Below are positions 10,001 to 19,414 of a stretch of 64,000 bases of DNA, in pieces. The notes under the pieces are model-generated. The model saw only the letters and a list, made by a program, of their open reading frames with translations. It made no database searches and was not told the DNA's origin. This stretch comes from an uncultured Ignavibacteriales bacterium (lineage in GTDB: Bacteria > Bacteroidota > Ignavibacteria > Ignavibacteriales > Ignavibacteriaceae), in NCBI GenBank assembly GCA_903929035.1, contig CAIYTF010000084.1, positions 13,938 through 77,937 of the forward strand, in the 5' to 3' direction. The position numbers and the translations under genes are program-made. The first letter of the stretch is position 1. Every line of letters begins with the position of its first letter.

Positions 10001-13000
10001 TTCTTACTGAAACGAACAATTGAATTGGACCAACGCTTTGCGCAGAGGGCATTGTTGTAAAGGCAGTATCCGCGTTAACATATCCATCCTTGAAAATCTC
10101 GGTAAAAACATTATATGTTGCTCCCGGATTTCCATTGTTAAATGTAAAGTTTCCCGCCACATCTGTTGTTGTAGAAAGAATTGTTTGTCCTGAAGATGCT
10201 TTAACAGTTGTAGCAAATCCCAAGCCCGCTGGAGCTTGATTTTTAACCGTTCCTGTAATTTTCATTGTACTTGGTTTTAATTGAAATGAAAACGGAGTAC
10301 TATCCCTTTGTGTTAAGTCTTGGACATACCCTGTTTTTTCAAAGAATACCCAATTTGAGTCATTCTCTAAATCAGGAATCAAGAATTTACCATCTAATCC
10401 GGAGACTGCACTACCGGCACTTTTTGAACTACGAGCATTGATTGCTGCACCGCTAATAACAGCACCGGTCACTTTGTCAGTTAGTATACCCTTAACCTGC
10501 CCTTTATTTTTAGCAAAGTCATTAATATCAGCCGAGTCTTTCTGTGCAGATGACGTTAGAGTTTTAATAATCTGTTGTGACGAACTGTATTTTGCTTTAT
10601 CGGCAGTTATCATATAAGTAGAAAGGGGTAATCCTGACACTAAATATTTACCGGCAGGATCACTTATTGCAGTCACTGTTTTTGACGATTTTGTATCGTA
10701 CAAATATACTGTTGCTGATGGAATATTCTCTTTAATCTTTCCAGTAATCTTACCTGCTATTGTCCCATCCAATTTAGTCATTTTTATCGAGATTGACTTT
10801 GTTTCACCATCTTTAATATCATAGTTTTGAATTGTAGTATCAGCATAACGGGATTTAGAAATTGTAGTATCAGTTTTAGAAGCAGTGAAAGTAAAGGTAT
10901 TGCCGACAAGATTTGATATAACAAAAGAACCATCTGCTGCCGATTGGGACGTTCCGCCTGATGAAGCTGCAGTTAAAGATATGAAAGCACCTTCAATAGC
11001 TTTTCCGTCTTGATCTTTAATCGTCCCGCTCAATAACGCGTAGTTTGGAGAAATTTTGAAATTAATATTTGTAAGTGTCTGCCCTAAACTTACAGTTATA
11101 TTATCAACATTATCTCTCGTGTACCCCGGTAGAAATGCACTGAGCTTTGCTTTACCTACCGAAGAACCAATCTTATATTCTCCGGTTACTGAAGTAATGG
11201 TACTATCAATTAAAGCTGAATTGATAGTTAAATACACTTTTGCATTATTAACAGGCTGCAAATTATTATCGAGTACTTTCCCTGTTATAAGAGCCGGCAC
11301 CGGATTTACAGCTGCATTAACTACTTGCAAGGCACCTGCTGCTGATATAGGTACACTTGCATCATTATAAGTAGTATATCCTGTCAAAGCTGCTGATAAA
11401 GTGTAGTCTCTTTCCGCGGGAACAGAAAGTGAATAGGAACCCGAAATATTTGACAGAGTTGAAAATACATTTGCATTATTATTTTTGTCTTTAGCTGTAA
11501 CAGTAACATTTGCAAGAGGTGAACCGCCGGTAGTAATGTTTCCTTTTATCGTTCCAATATTTTCAACAAGAGAATAATTGTGGTTGGCACTTGTCTGACC
11601 GGCACCCACGAAAAAGGATTCTGGAAAGGATTCTGGAGGTGAATTTTTGAATCCCTGTTTTGCTGCATAAATTTTCCAAGTTCCGGGCTGTACACTTAAA
11701 ACAAAGCTTCCTGAAGACGATGACTTTGTCTCGAGCGTTTTTGAGCCTTTAGATGCATAGATTATCGCATTAGGAAGAGAATTACCAAGACTGCTTACTG
11801 AGCCGGTGATAGTTGCAGCATTTGCATCTAAGGAAAAGTTTATTCCTGATAAGGGCTGCCCCGGTGAAAGTGAAACGGCAATTGTATCCGGAGTGACATA
11901 TCCACTTTTTGTCACTGTGAGAGTGTGATTGCCCGATGCAAGACTCATCTGATAATTGCCTGTTGATAGAGATACAGTAGAAACTGTTCCGTCTGAAATT
12001 ACAGCATCTGCAACCGGAGTACCGCCTGTTTCGGAAATAATACCGGAAACACTGCTTTGATTTGGTGTCATTGTAAAATCAACAGCGGTAAGAGTTTGTC
12101 CAACGCCAAGAGTTACCTGTGTATTAGTGTTCGCTGTATAACCTCGCGCATCAACACTAATAATATAAGAACCAGACTTAAGGCTGAGTGAGAACTGTCC
12201 GTTTGATCCGGTAACTGCAGAAATAACCTGCCCGCTAATAGGAGTAGCAGTAACAACAACTTTAGAAAACGGAGAAAGTGAACTTTGCGTTCCTGTTTTA
12301 ATTACTTTATATACTGTTCCGGTAACTTGATTCGCGCGCGGGATAAGTACAAGATTTTGACCTTGAAAATTGTCATTTTTTGAAAGATTTAATGTTATTG
12401 GATTGGGACTCACGAAACCCTGCTTGGAAACTTCAACTATCCAAGCCCCTGAAGAAAGGTTGAATGAATAACTCCCTGTTCCACTTGAATTTGCCCATTG
12501 GACTGTCGCACCTTGAGTAGCTTTAATCTCGGCAAGCTGAACAGGCTGGTTATCATCATTCATAACTGTACCTGAAAGAGTTGCTTTATCAGGTATTAAT
12601 ACTAAAGAATTTGATAAAATAACCTGCGACTGGTTAACTGTCAGGTTCGTTTGAAGAGGTGAAAGATATCCGGGCTTATTAACATTCAGACGATACGATG
12701 CCTTCGGAATTGCACCTGAAAAACTACCGGAAGAACTTGTCTTTATTGTTGTAACCGCGTTCGTTAATACATTCGTCAAAAGTACTGCCGCGTCCTGCAC
12801 GCCTATACCGGAAGTATCAACAACTTTACCGCTCACGGATGATGGGAATTGAGTAAGGTAAAGGTTAACTTGTGTTGGTTTCTGCTTTGTACCATTAACC
12901 GCAAATGTGAATGTTGAATCAAAATAGCCGTTCTTTTTTGCAGTTATCTGGTAAACATCAGTTGGAATACTATCAGTGTAGGAGGAACTATTCGAAACTA

Positions 13001-14213
13001 TATATGGGACGGATGGCGAATAGCCGCCTGTAGTTGAACTTAGAGAAAAAGAATAGCTTATCAAGTCAGTACTATCGGCTGCATTCTTTAAATGAGCACT
13101 GAAAGTACTCATAGGAACATCGTATGAAAAAGTGTGCTTGATACTTTGGTTACCGGAGCCTGTGCCCGTTGTAGGCACCACGAACCAAACATATTTTCCG
13201 CCAAGGAGGTTCTGCCGCGCCGCAAAATCTAAGCTTGTATTAGTAGTTGAACCATTCCATACCGGAAGATCGATTTGCTGATTATTGCCGGCAAATTGAG
13301 TTACTCTATTCAAAAGATAGACTGTATAGCTATTTGCCCCTTGAACCGGATTCCACTGAAATCGAATAGTTTCATCTCCCGGAAAATGCAGGGTATCAGA
13401 CGGAGAAATTAGTTTTAGGGAATCAATTTGACTAACACTAGGTAAAAGGAAATCTGACATACCGCCAAATACCGAACTCGCGAAAGCCACGTCAATTGGA
13501 TCGTATAAATTAAGAATAGTATAGTAGTATCTATTTCCCGGGAATAACGGAATAGCAGATTTTGTGAAAGGAGAACTTGGACTAATATCGCCATAAGTAG
13601 CATTATTCGCTGTAGTAATATAGTCCCACATAATATTTGCACCTTGTATAGCGGGATTATTTCCTAAAGAATCTGTTTTCACCTTAAATTCCGTGCTTGA
13701 ACAAATAATCCAATAGGCGGAAACACCCGGTATAGCTCCCCACCTGAACTCAGGAGTTGAGATATTGATTGAACCAATAGGAGCTGTTGCTTTTGGTGCC
13801 TCTGGCGATTCCATCACAAACTGAATCTCGTTTGAATAAACCGCCGCCGCGTCAGCAGAAATATCGGAAAGATTTTGTTTTGTCGAGTTTGTGATTATTG
13901 CATAATATCGGCCAATTGTGAGAAGAGACAACTTTCCCGGTATAAAACTTTTTCGCACAGAATTTGCATCCAGAGAAATTGAGGTAATGTTATAATTACC
14001 GGGAGATGACCCTATCTTTATACTGCATCCGGCAGGAAGAGATTTATCCCAATCAAGAACTAAACTCTCAGTTGAAGAGTAAAATACTTTAATAAATGGT
14101 AATGGTTTAACTCCGTCATATCCCTTTGCAGGCTGCAATACAATAGTTTGAGCAAAAACCAGAGACGAAACAAGAACGAACACAAGGGCGAAAGATAAAG
14201 TAACTTTCTTCAT
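7053..14213 (-). CDS. Giant (2386 aa) secreted repeat protein with many CarboxypepD_reg/Cna-B-like Ig-fold repeats and a T9SS-type (FlgD-Ig-like) C-terminal sorting domain
   Basis: Signal peptide MKKVTLSFALVFVLVSSLVFAQ. Many ~85-95-aa repeats of the form SG.V.d..g.pv..A.v......t.s...G.Y.l.l..G.Y.v.vsk.GY. C-terminal ATVTIKIFNMRGELVK...NGRYIIQISAKDPSGEVTKLIPVVLVK. Confidence 0.8.
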   Translation of the reverse strand: MKKVTLSFALVFVLVSSLVFAQTIVLQPAKGYDGVKPLPFIKVFYSSTESLVLDWDKSLPAGCSIKIGSSPGNYNITSISLDANSVRKSFIPGKLSLLTIGRYYAIITNSTKQNLSDISADAAAVYSNEIQFVMESPEAPKATAPIGSINISTPEFRWGAIPGVSAYWIICSSTEFKVKTDSLGNNPAIQGANIMWDYITTANNATYGDISPSSPFTKSAIPLFPGNRYYYTILNLYDPIDVAFASSVFGGMSDFLLPSVSQIDSLKLISPSDTLHFPGDETIRFQWNPVQGANSYTVYLLNRVTQFAGNNQQIDLPVWNGSTTNTSLDFAARQNLLGGKYVWFVVPTTGTGSGNQSIKHTFSYDVPMSTFSAHLKNAADSTDLISYSFSLSSTTGGYSPSVPYIVSNSSSYTDSIPTDVYQITAKKNGYFDSTFTFAVNGTKQKPTQVNLYLTQFPSSVSGKVVDTSGIGVQDAAVLLTNVLTNAVTTIKTSSSGSFSGAIPKASYRLNVNKPGYLSPLQTNLTVNQSQVILSNSLVLIPDKATLSGTVMNDDNQPVQLAEIKATQGATVQWANSSGTGSYSFNLSSGAWIVEVSKQGFVSPNPITLNLSKNDNFQGQNLVLIPRANQVTGTVYKVIKTGTQSSLSPFSKVVVTATPISGQVISAVTGSNGQFSLSLKSGSYIISVDARGYTANTNTQVTLGVGQTLTAVDFTMTPNQSSVSGIISETGGTPVADAVISDGTVSTVSLSTGNYQMSLASGNHTLTVTKSGYVTPDTIAVSLSPGQPLSGINFSLDANAATITGSVSSLGNSLPNAIIYASKGSKTLETKSSSSGSFVLSVQPGTWKIYAAKQGFKNSPPESFPESFFVGAGQTSANHNYSLVENIGTIKGNITTGGSPLANVTVTAKDKNNNANVFSTLSNISGSYSLSVPAERDYTLSAALTGYTTYNDASVPISAAGALQVVNAAVNPVPALITGKVLDNNLQPVNNAKVYLTINSALIDSTITSVTGEYKIGSSVGKAKLSAFLPGYTRDNVDNITVSLGQTLTNINFKISPNYALLSGTIKDQDGKAIEGAFISLTAASSGGTSQSAADGSFVISNLVGNTFTFTASKTDTTISKSRYADTTIQNYDIKDGETKSISIKMTKLDGTIAGKITGKIKENIPSATVYLYDTKSSKTVTAISDPAGKYLVSGLPLSTYMITADKAKYSSSQQIIKTLTSSAQKDSADINDFAKNKGQVKGILTDKVTGAVISGAAINARSSKSAGSAVSGLDGKFLIPDLENDSNWVFFEKTGYVQDLTQRDSTPFSFQLKPSTMKITGTVKNQAPAGLGFATTVKASSGQTILSTTTDVAGNFTFNNGNPGATYNVFTEIFKDGYVNADTAFTTMPSAQSVGPIQLFVSVRNASISGTVGTPSAVISVKNKTTNETFNSVSNSDGTYSVNFLLNGSYTVTVSKTGFTFSPTSVADIDLAVGASRIMDFIATKSSGNLTVNTKDESGVSLDSVSVNITSTDTLYSYSGLSKSGTFTFTGVPTNGVPTKEFVLQVNKTGYSSQSTPKNVTIANNVTATENVTLIKNNVSLSGTVVKDTTLSNPSGVSVAGANVEYRNTATGQTFSVVSESNGNYTFGSLAAGAATISASFTGYKSDTLTDNLVTGMNYTKKNITLSPTFVKLSGKVTYKGAGLANTTVTALSSNSFSTTTDLSGEYSFSALPIKTGTGDTTIYRVSISGTDFQTRDTSVPVPASMKGQSVRLPDFSIPSGKISVTINDGESTALSDVNLIFVRPDGNQSQTVTDKTGKFETQPKLSAGKYKLNISRDNYLSPNDSLTVFNLVNDNSTISRNVSLRYKLTPLTSIDASNPATVTVFYKGTLPALDAKLKYQLGTGSENSVDSVNLANSTITWQIPALHSLVKVTYYVVIRETSTGVVYTSDKYTLTPEAVGILSSISFKPLIDKATLRKNDTYEISMLVKDGKNNSLLSSFQGTAPKGTINWNIDTSVFKISYPKATSGDSTVILLTTLKDTTSKITASGTLNGFSVSQEASVTVGNVILKSINVTKSVQQLSNKSSGLQFSYSGIDTASKAVMLGTNLKWSIVPVGGGTIDSTGFFKPVDSLFIGNVEVTALDKVSGKKGITDLTVYADVDSTSNMTLTDKDGMNLKIVPGSVMIPVKVTLGKAQFGPAKKNYITDLTSYVVSDKQYFITYLSDIKIAGDTTIKPMTLEIQIDPSLRAFEGAKTIGYYNTTSNEWTIRTTNPFGAASFSAEIISFGEYSILAENEPLGIKYAAVLPTPFSPKIAPVQIGYKLNSLQPPATVTIKIFNMRGELVKNVIQNDLQMPGVYKPSTISALAWDGKTNDGYEANNGRYIIQISAKDPSGEVTKLIPVVLVK

Positions 14214-14462
14214 ACTAATTCCTATATTTTTTGATAGTTGTGGTATGGAAAAACAATTTAACTAAACTATTTGGAAAACTTTCCTAACATTATCATATCT
14301 AAAGCAAATTGTAAGGCAATCAAAATTTGCCTTAGAACTAAGCCCTGACCGATTATTGGGAAAAAAACATTATGTTTACTTACTAATTGAAATATATATT
14401 CATAAAGATATAAATGAAAATTGATTAAAACAAATTAAAATATTAGAAAAATAAAAAAATGA

Positions 14463-14984
14463 TTATTTTTCTTTACGCGTGGATGCTAAAATCATATCAA
14501 CGAATTCCCTATAAGCACCTTTCCCGCCGCGCCGTTTGCACACGTACATAGCTGCTTTTTTTACCTCTTCTACCGCGTCACGGGGTGCAGCACTTACCCC
14601 AACCTCTTTCAATAACTCTAAATCATTAACATCATCACCCATAAATGCAACAGCTTCCAAAGTACAATTCTGCTCTTCACAAATTTTTTTCGCGGCAGCA
14701 AGTTTCTCGTATGTACCAATTACTGTATAATTAAATTGTAATTTTTCTCCGCGTATTTTACCTATCATAGAAGCATCTGAAGAAATTAAACCCGTTATAT
14801 AGCCTGAACTTTTTAATAGCACGGCACCCATCCCATCTTTTACATTATATTTTTTCATAGTTAATCCGTTTTCCGTATAATACATTCCCCCATCCGTCAA
14901 ACAACCGTCAACATCAGTTAACACTATTTTGATTTTTGCTAATTTTTTCCTGAAGTCTGTATGTTTTCCAATTTTTTTGCTCAT
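14463..14984 (-). CDS. kdsC: HAD-IIIA phosphatase, KdsC-like (3-deoxy-D-manno-octulosonate 8-phosphate phosphatase family)
   Basis: Motifs LTDVDGCLTDG, KDGMG, FMGDDVNDL. Confidence 0.65.
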   Translation of the reverse strand: MSKKIGKHTDFRKKLAKIKIVLTDVDGCLTDGGMYYTENGLTMKKYNVKDGMGAVLLKSSGYITGLISSDASMIGKIRGEKLQFNYTVIGTYEKLAAAKKICEEQNCTLEAVAFMGDDVNDLELLKEVGVSAAPRDAVEEVKKAAMYVCKRRGGKGAYREFVDMILASTRKEK

Positions 14985-15065
14985 TCTATTATGAAATTCC
15001 TATTGTTACTGCTATTATTAAAAAGAAATTATTATATTGCAAATATAGCTTATTAAAGGAATACA

Positions 15066-15578
15066 ATGGAAAATCCGCCTAATAAAACAAAAACAGTGAT
15101 ATTCAAACGTCCATCGTGGGATGAGTATTTCCTGAAATTGGCAATGCTTGTATCAGAACGGGCAACCTGCCCGCGTATGCATTGCGGATGTGTCCTCGTG
15201 AGAGACAGGCAAATACTTTCAACCGGTTATAATGGTTCAGTACCGGCACAGCCTCATTGCGAAGAGGCCGGCTGCAAAGTAATTGATAATCATTGCATCC
15301 GCACTATTCACGCCGAAATGAATGCTATTTTGCAATGCTCATCTCACGGTGTGAGTACACATAACGCGACTGCATATATCACGAATATGCCTTGCACTAA
15401 CTGCGCGAAAGCACTTATTGCAGCCGGAATTATTGAAGTGGTGGTTTTTTCCGATTTTCACGATACTCTTGCTGAAGAATTTTTCGGATTATCGAATGTC
15501 ACCCTTCGCCGCTTGGAAATGCCCGCGACGAAAATAAACTATGACTTAGATTCTTATCACTCGGCAAAGTTAAAGTAA
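15066..15578 (+). CDS. dCMP deaminase (cytidine/deoxycytidylate deaminase zinc-binding family)
   Basis: HAEMNAI and PCTNCAKALIAAGI zinc-binding motifs; WDEYF N-terminus. Confidence 0.8.
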   Translation: MENPPNKTKTVIFKRPSWDEYFLKLAMLVSERATCPRMHCGCVLVRDRQILSTGYNGSVPAQPHCEEAGCKVIDNHCIRTIHAEMNAILQCSSHGVSTHNATAYITNMPCTNCAKALIAAGIIEVVVFSDFHDTLAEEFFGLSNVTLRRLEMPATKINYDLDSYHSAKLK

Positions 15579-15670
15579 TGGCACTATTGAAAGAATTGAC
15601 TTAATATTTATACAATATTTAAGAACAATATACATATCGAAAATATTAATGAAAAAAATATGGAAATAAC

Positions 15671-15699
15671 TTGACTTTGAGGAATAATGCGTTTATTTT
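15671..15699 (+). promoter_or_regulatory. Sigma70-like promoter candidate for the ilv-leu leader
   Basis: TTGACT - 17 nt - TATTTT, about 40 nt upstream of the leader ORF ATG. Confidence 0.35.
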
Positions 15700-15736
15700 G
15701 CATTAAATTTTTTTGTAACTTATTTTATATTAAAAA

Positions 15737-15889
15737 ATGACAAGTGCATACATACATAATGTTTTTGATTTAGTCGCTTCAGGCGGTGGAAATGTGCCTT
15801 GTCTTTCTATTAACTTATCTTCGCTTACTCTTCTTCTAGGAATTAACTTTCTTGGTCTATTAATCGGTATTCTTACCGTTATTAGATAA
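15737..15889 (+). CDS. Candidate ilv-leu leader peptide (50 aa, 21 Leu/Ile/Val)
   Basis: My translation: MTSAYIHNVFDLVASGGGNVPCLSINLSSLTLLLGINFLGLLIGILTVIR*. Not in the ORF track because it is under 60 aa. Lies between the promoter candidate and ilvD. The alternative reading is a small membrane peptide. Confidence 0.4.
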   Translation: MTSAYIHNVFDLVASGGGNVPCLSINLSSLTLLLGINFLGLLIGILTVIR

Positions 15890-15996
15890 AGAACAGCTCA
15901 ATCCCAAATCTCGCAAAACACTTATTTATAAAGATTCAGAGTTAGGGGTTGACCTAAAAGGAAGACTTTGCTGAATATCTTTGAATTGAGGATCTC

Positions 15997-17676
15997 GTGC
16001 GTTCTGACTTAATAAAAAAAGGTTTTGATAAAGCTCCGCATAGGAGTTTGCTGAAAGCTACCGGCGTAATCAAAAGCGATGATGATTTCAAAAAACCGTT
16101 TATCGGAGTTTGCAATTCTTATATCGATTTAATACCCGGACACGTTCATTTGCAGGAATTTGGAAAAGTTGTAAAAGATGCAGTCCGTGCCGCCGGCGGT
16201 GTTCCGTTTGAATTTAATACTATTGGTGTTGATGATGGTATTGCTATGGGACACCTTGGAATGCGGTATTCTCTCGCGAGCCGCGAATTAATTGCCGACT
16301 GTGTTGAAACCGTAGTTGAAGCACATCGCCTTGACGGTATTATATGCATTCCGAATTGCGATAAGATTGTCCCGGGTATGTTAATGGCGGCGATGCGTAT
16401 GAATATTCCCGTGATATTTGTTTCCGGCGGACCAATGAAAGCAGGCCGTTTGCCGGATGGAGAAAAGGTGGATTTAATTTCGGTGTTTGAAGGCGTTGGC
16501 AAATTTTCATCAGGATTAATAGATGAAGCGCGCCTGAAGCAGTATGAGGATTATGGTTGTCCAACGTGCGGTTCTTGTTCCGGTATGTTCACCGCGAACT
16601 CTATGAACTGCTTAATGGAAGCCCTCGGCTTAGCCCTCCCCGGCAACGGAACAATCCTCGCGATATCGCCTGAAAGAACAACACTCGCGCAGCAAGCTGC
16701 AAAAAAAATAGTTGAATTAGTTATTATGGACATTAAACCAAGTGATTTATTAACGCTCAATTCATTTAAGAACGCGTTTATCCTCGACTTGGCGATGGGC
16801 GGCAGCACTAACACAATTTTGCATACGCTCGCGATTGCCAATGAATTTGGTATTCAGCTTGATTTAAATATGCTGAATGAACTCTCGGCAGTAACACCAT
16901 ATTTATGTAAAGTTAGTCCTGCTACAAAAGATGTGCATATTGAAGATGTGCATAATGCCGGCGGTATATCAGCTATCTTGAAAGAAGTGAGCAAACTTGG
17001 TATATTAGATACTTCCGCGAAAACAGTGACAGGTAAAACTCTTGGTGAAAATATTGCCGATGCCCTGATACTTGACACGAAAGTAATACGTACCGTGGAA
17101 GACCCTTATTCTAAAACAGGCGGACTTGCAGTATTGTATGGAAATATAGCACCCGAAGGCGCGATAGTAAAGACTGCCGCTGTAGCACCCGGAATGCTCG
17201 TGTTCTCAGGTCCTGCAAAAATTTATGAGTCACAGGAAGAAGCTGTTGAAAAAATATTACAGAACGATGTTAAAGCAGGAGATGTAGTTTTAATCCGTTA
17301 TGAAGGTCCTAAAGGCGGACCGGGAATGCCCGAAATGCTTTCGCCTACTGCCGCTATAATGGGACAGGGGTTAGGAGATAAAGTCGCGCTCCTTACTGAT
17401 GGAAGATTTTCAGGAGGTACGAGAGGTGCCTGCATTGGACATATATCACCTGAAGCAGCGGAGCGGGGACCAATTGCCGCGGTTATTAACGGTGATATAA
17501 TCTCTATAAATATTAACGAGAGAACGTTAAATGTTGAACTATCTCAAGAAAAAATTTCTATGAGATTACAAGCGTTGCCAAAATTTGAACCCAAAATAAA
17601 GAAGGGTTATCTTGGACGCTATGCCCGGATGGTGACATCCGCGAGTAAAGGTGCTATTTTAAAAATGAATGATTAG
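15997..17676 (+). CDS. ilvD: Dihydroxy-acid dehydratase
   Basis: Canonical IlvD N-terminus ([31 protein letters not shown]) and CDKIVPGM; GTG start with GAGGA RBS. Confidence 0.95.
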   Translation: MRSDLIKKGFDKAPHRSLLKATGVIKSDDDFKKPFIGVCNSYIDLIPGHVHLQEFGKVVKDAVRAAGGVPFEFNTIGVDDGIAMGHLGMRYSLASRELIADCVETVVEAHRLDGIICIPNCDKIVPGMLMAAMRMNIPVIFVSGGPMKAGRLPDGEKVDLISVFEGVGKFSSGLIDEARLKQYEDYGCPTCGSCSGMFTANSMNCLMEALGLALPGNGTILAISPERTTLAQQAAKKIVELVIMDIKPSDLLTLNSFKNAFILDLAMGGSTNTILHTLAIANEFGIQLDLNMLNELSAVTPYLCKVSPATKDVHIEDVHNAGGISAILKEVSKLGILDTSAKTVTGKTLGENIADALILDTKVIRTVEDPYSKTGGLAVLYGNIAPEGAIVKTAAVAPGMLVFSGPAKIYESQEEAVEKILQNDVKAGDVVLIRYEGPKGGPGMPEMLSPTAAIMGQGLGDKVALLTDGRFSGGTRGACIGHISPEAAERGPIAAVINGDIISININERTLNVELSQEKISMRLQALPKFEPKIKKGYLGRYARMVTSASKGAILKMND

Positions 17677-17684
17677 GAGACACT

Positions 17685-19400
17685 ATGAAGCAGCATAAGC
17701 CGATAATGAGTGGTGCCGACATTTTCTTTGAATGTTTGCGACTTGAAAATGTTGAGTATATTTTCGGATACCCGGGTGGTTCCGTGTTAAAACTATATGA
17801 ACACCTATATGATGTGGATTTTTTGAAACATATTTTGGTCAGGCACGAACAAGGAGCAGTTCATATGGCTGAAGGATATGCAAAAGCCTCCGGTAAAGTT
17901 GGCGTTGTACTGGTGACATCGGGACCAGGTGCAACGAATACTGTAACCGGTATTGCAGATGCTTATATGGATTCAGTTCCACTTGTTGTTTTTACCGGAC
18001 AGGTAGCTTCCCATTTAATTGGCAAAGATGCTTTTCAGGAGGCTGATATTGTCGGTATCACGAGACCGATAACCAAACATAATTTTTTGGTGCGTGATGT
18101 GAAAGACCTTGCTTCAAACATTAAGAAGGCTTTCTATATTGCCTCATCGGGTAAGCCTGGTCCTGTTCTTGTCGATTTGCCAAAAGATATAATCGCTGCT
18201 AAGTGTGAATTTGAATATCCTGACACTGTTGAATTGCGCGGATATAAGCCGACCATTTTCGGGCACTCCAGCCAAATAAAGAAAGCGGCAGAAAAAATTC
18301 ATAAAGCTAAACGGCCCTTGCTGTATGTTGGCGGCGGCGTGATTATGTCAGGTGCCACGGATGAATTGAAATTGCTCGCGAAAGAAAATAAACTTCCGGT
18401 TGCTATGACATTGCAGGGATTAGGTGCATATCCCGGTTCTGATGAACTTTCATTAGGTATGATTGGAATGCACGGAACTTATTGGGCAAATCAGGCAATC
18501 ACAAATTGCGATGTGCTGGTTTCGCTTGGTGCCAGATTTGATGATCGCGTGACGGGACGTATAGATAAGTTTTCGTTGAAATCTTATAAGATACATATTG
18601 ACATAGATCCCGCCGCTATCGATAAAAATGTTCTTGTCGATTTGCCAATCGTTGGTGACGCGAAGCATATACTTGCTGAACTCGCGAGCGAACTAACCGA
18701 ACCGCCCGCGACTGATGAATGGTGGGAGGAGATAAACGCCTGGCGTGAGGAATGCCCGATGGAATATGAGAAAAGTGACGGATTGCTTCGTACCGAATAT
18801 ATTATTGAGCGAATCTCGGAAAAGACCAAAGGCAACGCGATAATTGTTTCCGATGTTGGGCAGCATCAAATGTGGATTGCCCAGCACTATAAGTATGAAA
18901 ACCCGCGCAGTAACCTGACAAGCGGTGGATTAGGTACTATGGGTTTTTCAGTTCCTGCAGCCATTGGTGCTTATTTTGCCCGACCTGATAAGCCAATTAT
19001 CTCGATAAGCGGCGATGGCGGCTTTCAGATGAATATGCAGGAATTAATCACAGCGGCAGCGAATAAATTGCCAATCAAGTTTTTTATTATTAACAATAAC
19101 TTTCTTGGTATGGTGCGGCAGTGGCAGGAACTGTTTCACGCGGAAAAATATAGTTTTACCGATCTTTCGCAGAGCAATCCCGATTTCGTGAAAGTAGCGG
19201 AAGCGTTTGGCTGTGTTGGAATGTCCACTAGCTCGGTGGAAGAAGTCGATAAATTGATTGACAAAGCATTCGCGATTACCGACAGACCCGTTGTCGTGGA
19301 ATTTAAAGTTGTAAGGGAAGATATGGTTTTCCCGATGGTGCCGGCAGGGGCATCTATTAACGATATGATCGTGAAACGATTAAGTCCCAAATTGATGTAA
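17685..19400 (+). CDS. ilvB: Acetolactate synthase large subunit
   Basis: ThDP enzyme motifs GYPGGS, TSGPGATN, GLGTMGF, GDGGFQMN. Confidence 0.95.
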   Translation: MKQHKPIMSGADIFFECLRLENVEYIFGYPGGSVLKLYEHLYDVDFLKHILVRHEQGAVHMAEGYAKASGKVGVVLVTSGPGATNTVTGIADAYMDSVPLVVFTGQVASHLIGKDAFQEADIVGITRPITKHNFLVRDVKDLASNIKKAFYIASSGKPGPVLVDLPKDIIAAKCEFEYPDTVELRGYKPTIFGHSSQIKKAAEKIHKAKRPLLYVGGGVIMSGATDELKLLAKENKLPVAMTLQGLGAYPGSDELSLGMIGMHGTYWANQAITNCDVLVSLGARFDDRVTGRIDKFSLKSYKIHIDIDPAAIDKNVLVDLPIVGDAKHILAELASELTEPPATDEWWEEINAWREECPMEYEKSDGLLRTEYIIERISEKTKGNAIIVSDVGQHQMWIAQHYKYENPRSNLTSGGLGTMGFSVPAAIGAYFARPDKPIISISGDGGFQMNMQELITAAANKLPIKFFIINNNFLGMVRQWQELFHAEKYSFTDLSQSNPDFVKVAEAFGCVGMSTSSVEEVDKLIDKAFAITDRPVVVEFKVVREDMVFPMVPAGASINDMIVKRLSPKLM

Positions 19401-19414
19401 TTATAGAAGGAATT

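Noticed and set aside
16146-17078. Four 74-118-aa minus-strand ORFs inside ilvD. Similar antisense or out-of-frame ORFs lie inside ilvB, ilvN, leuB, leuA, leuC, amt, nuo genes, the MCP and others.
   Set aside because: They lie entirely within strongly recognisable genes on the other strand or frame. Their compositions are typical of antisense translation, and no motifs are present.
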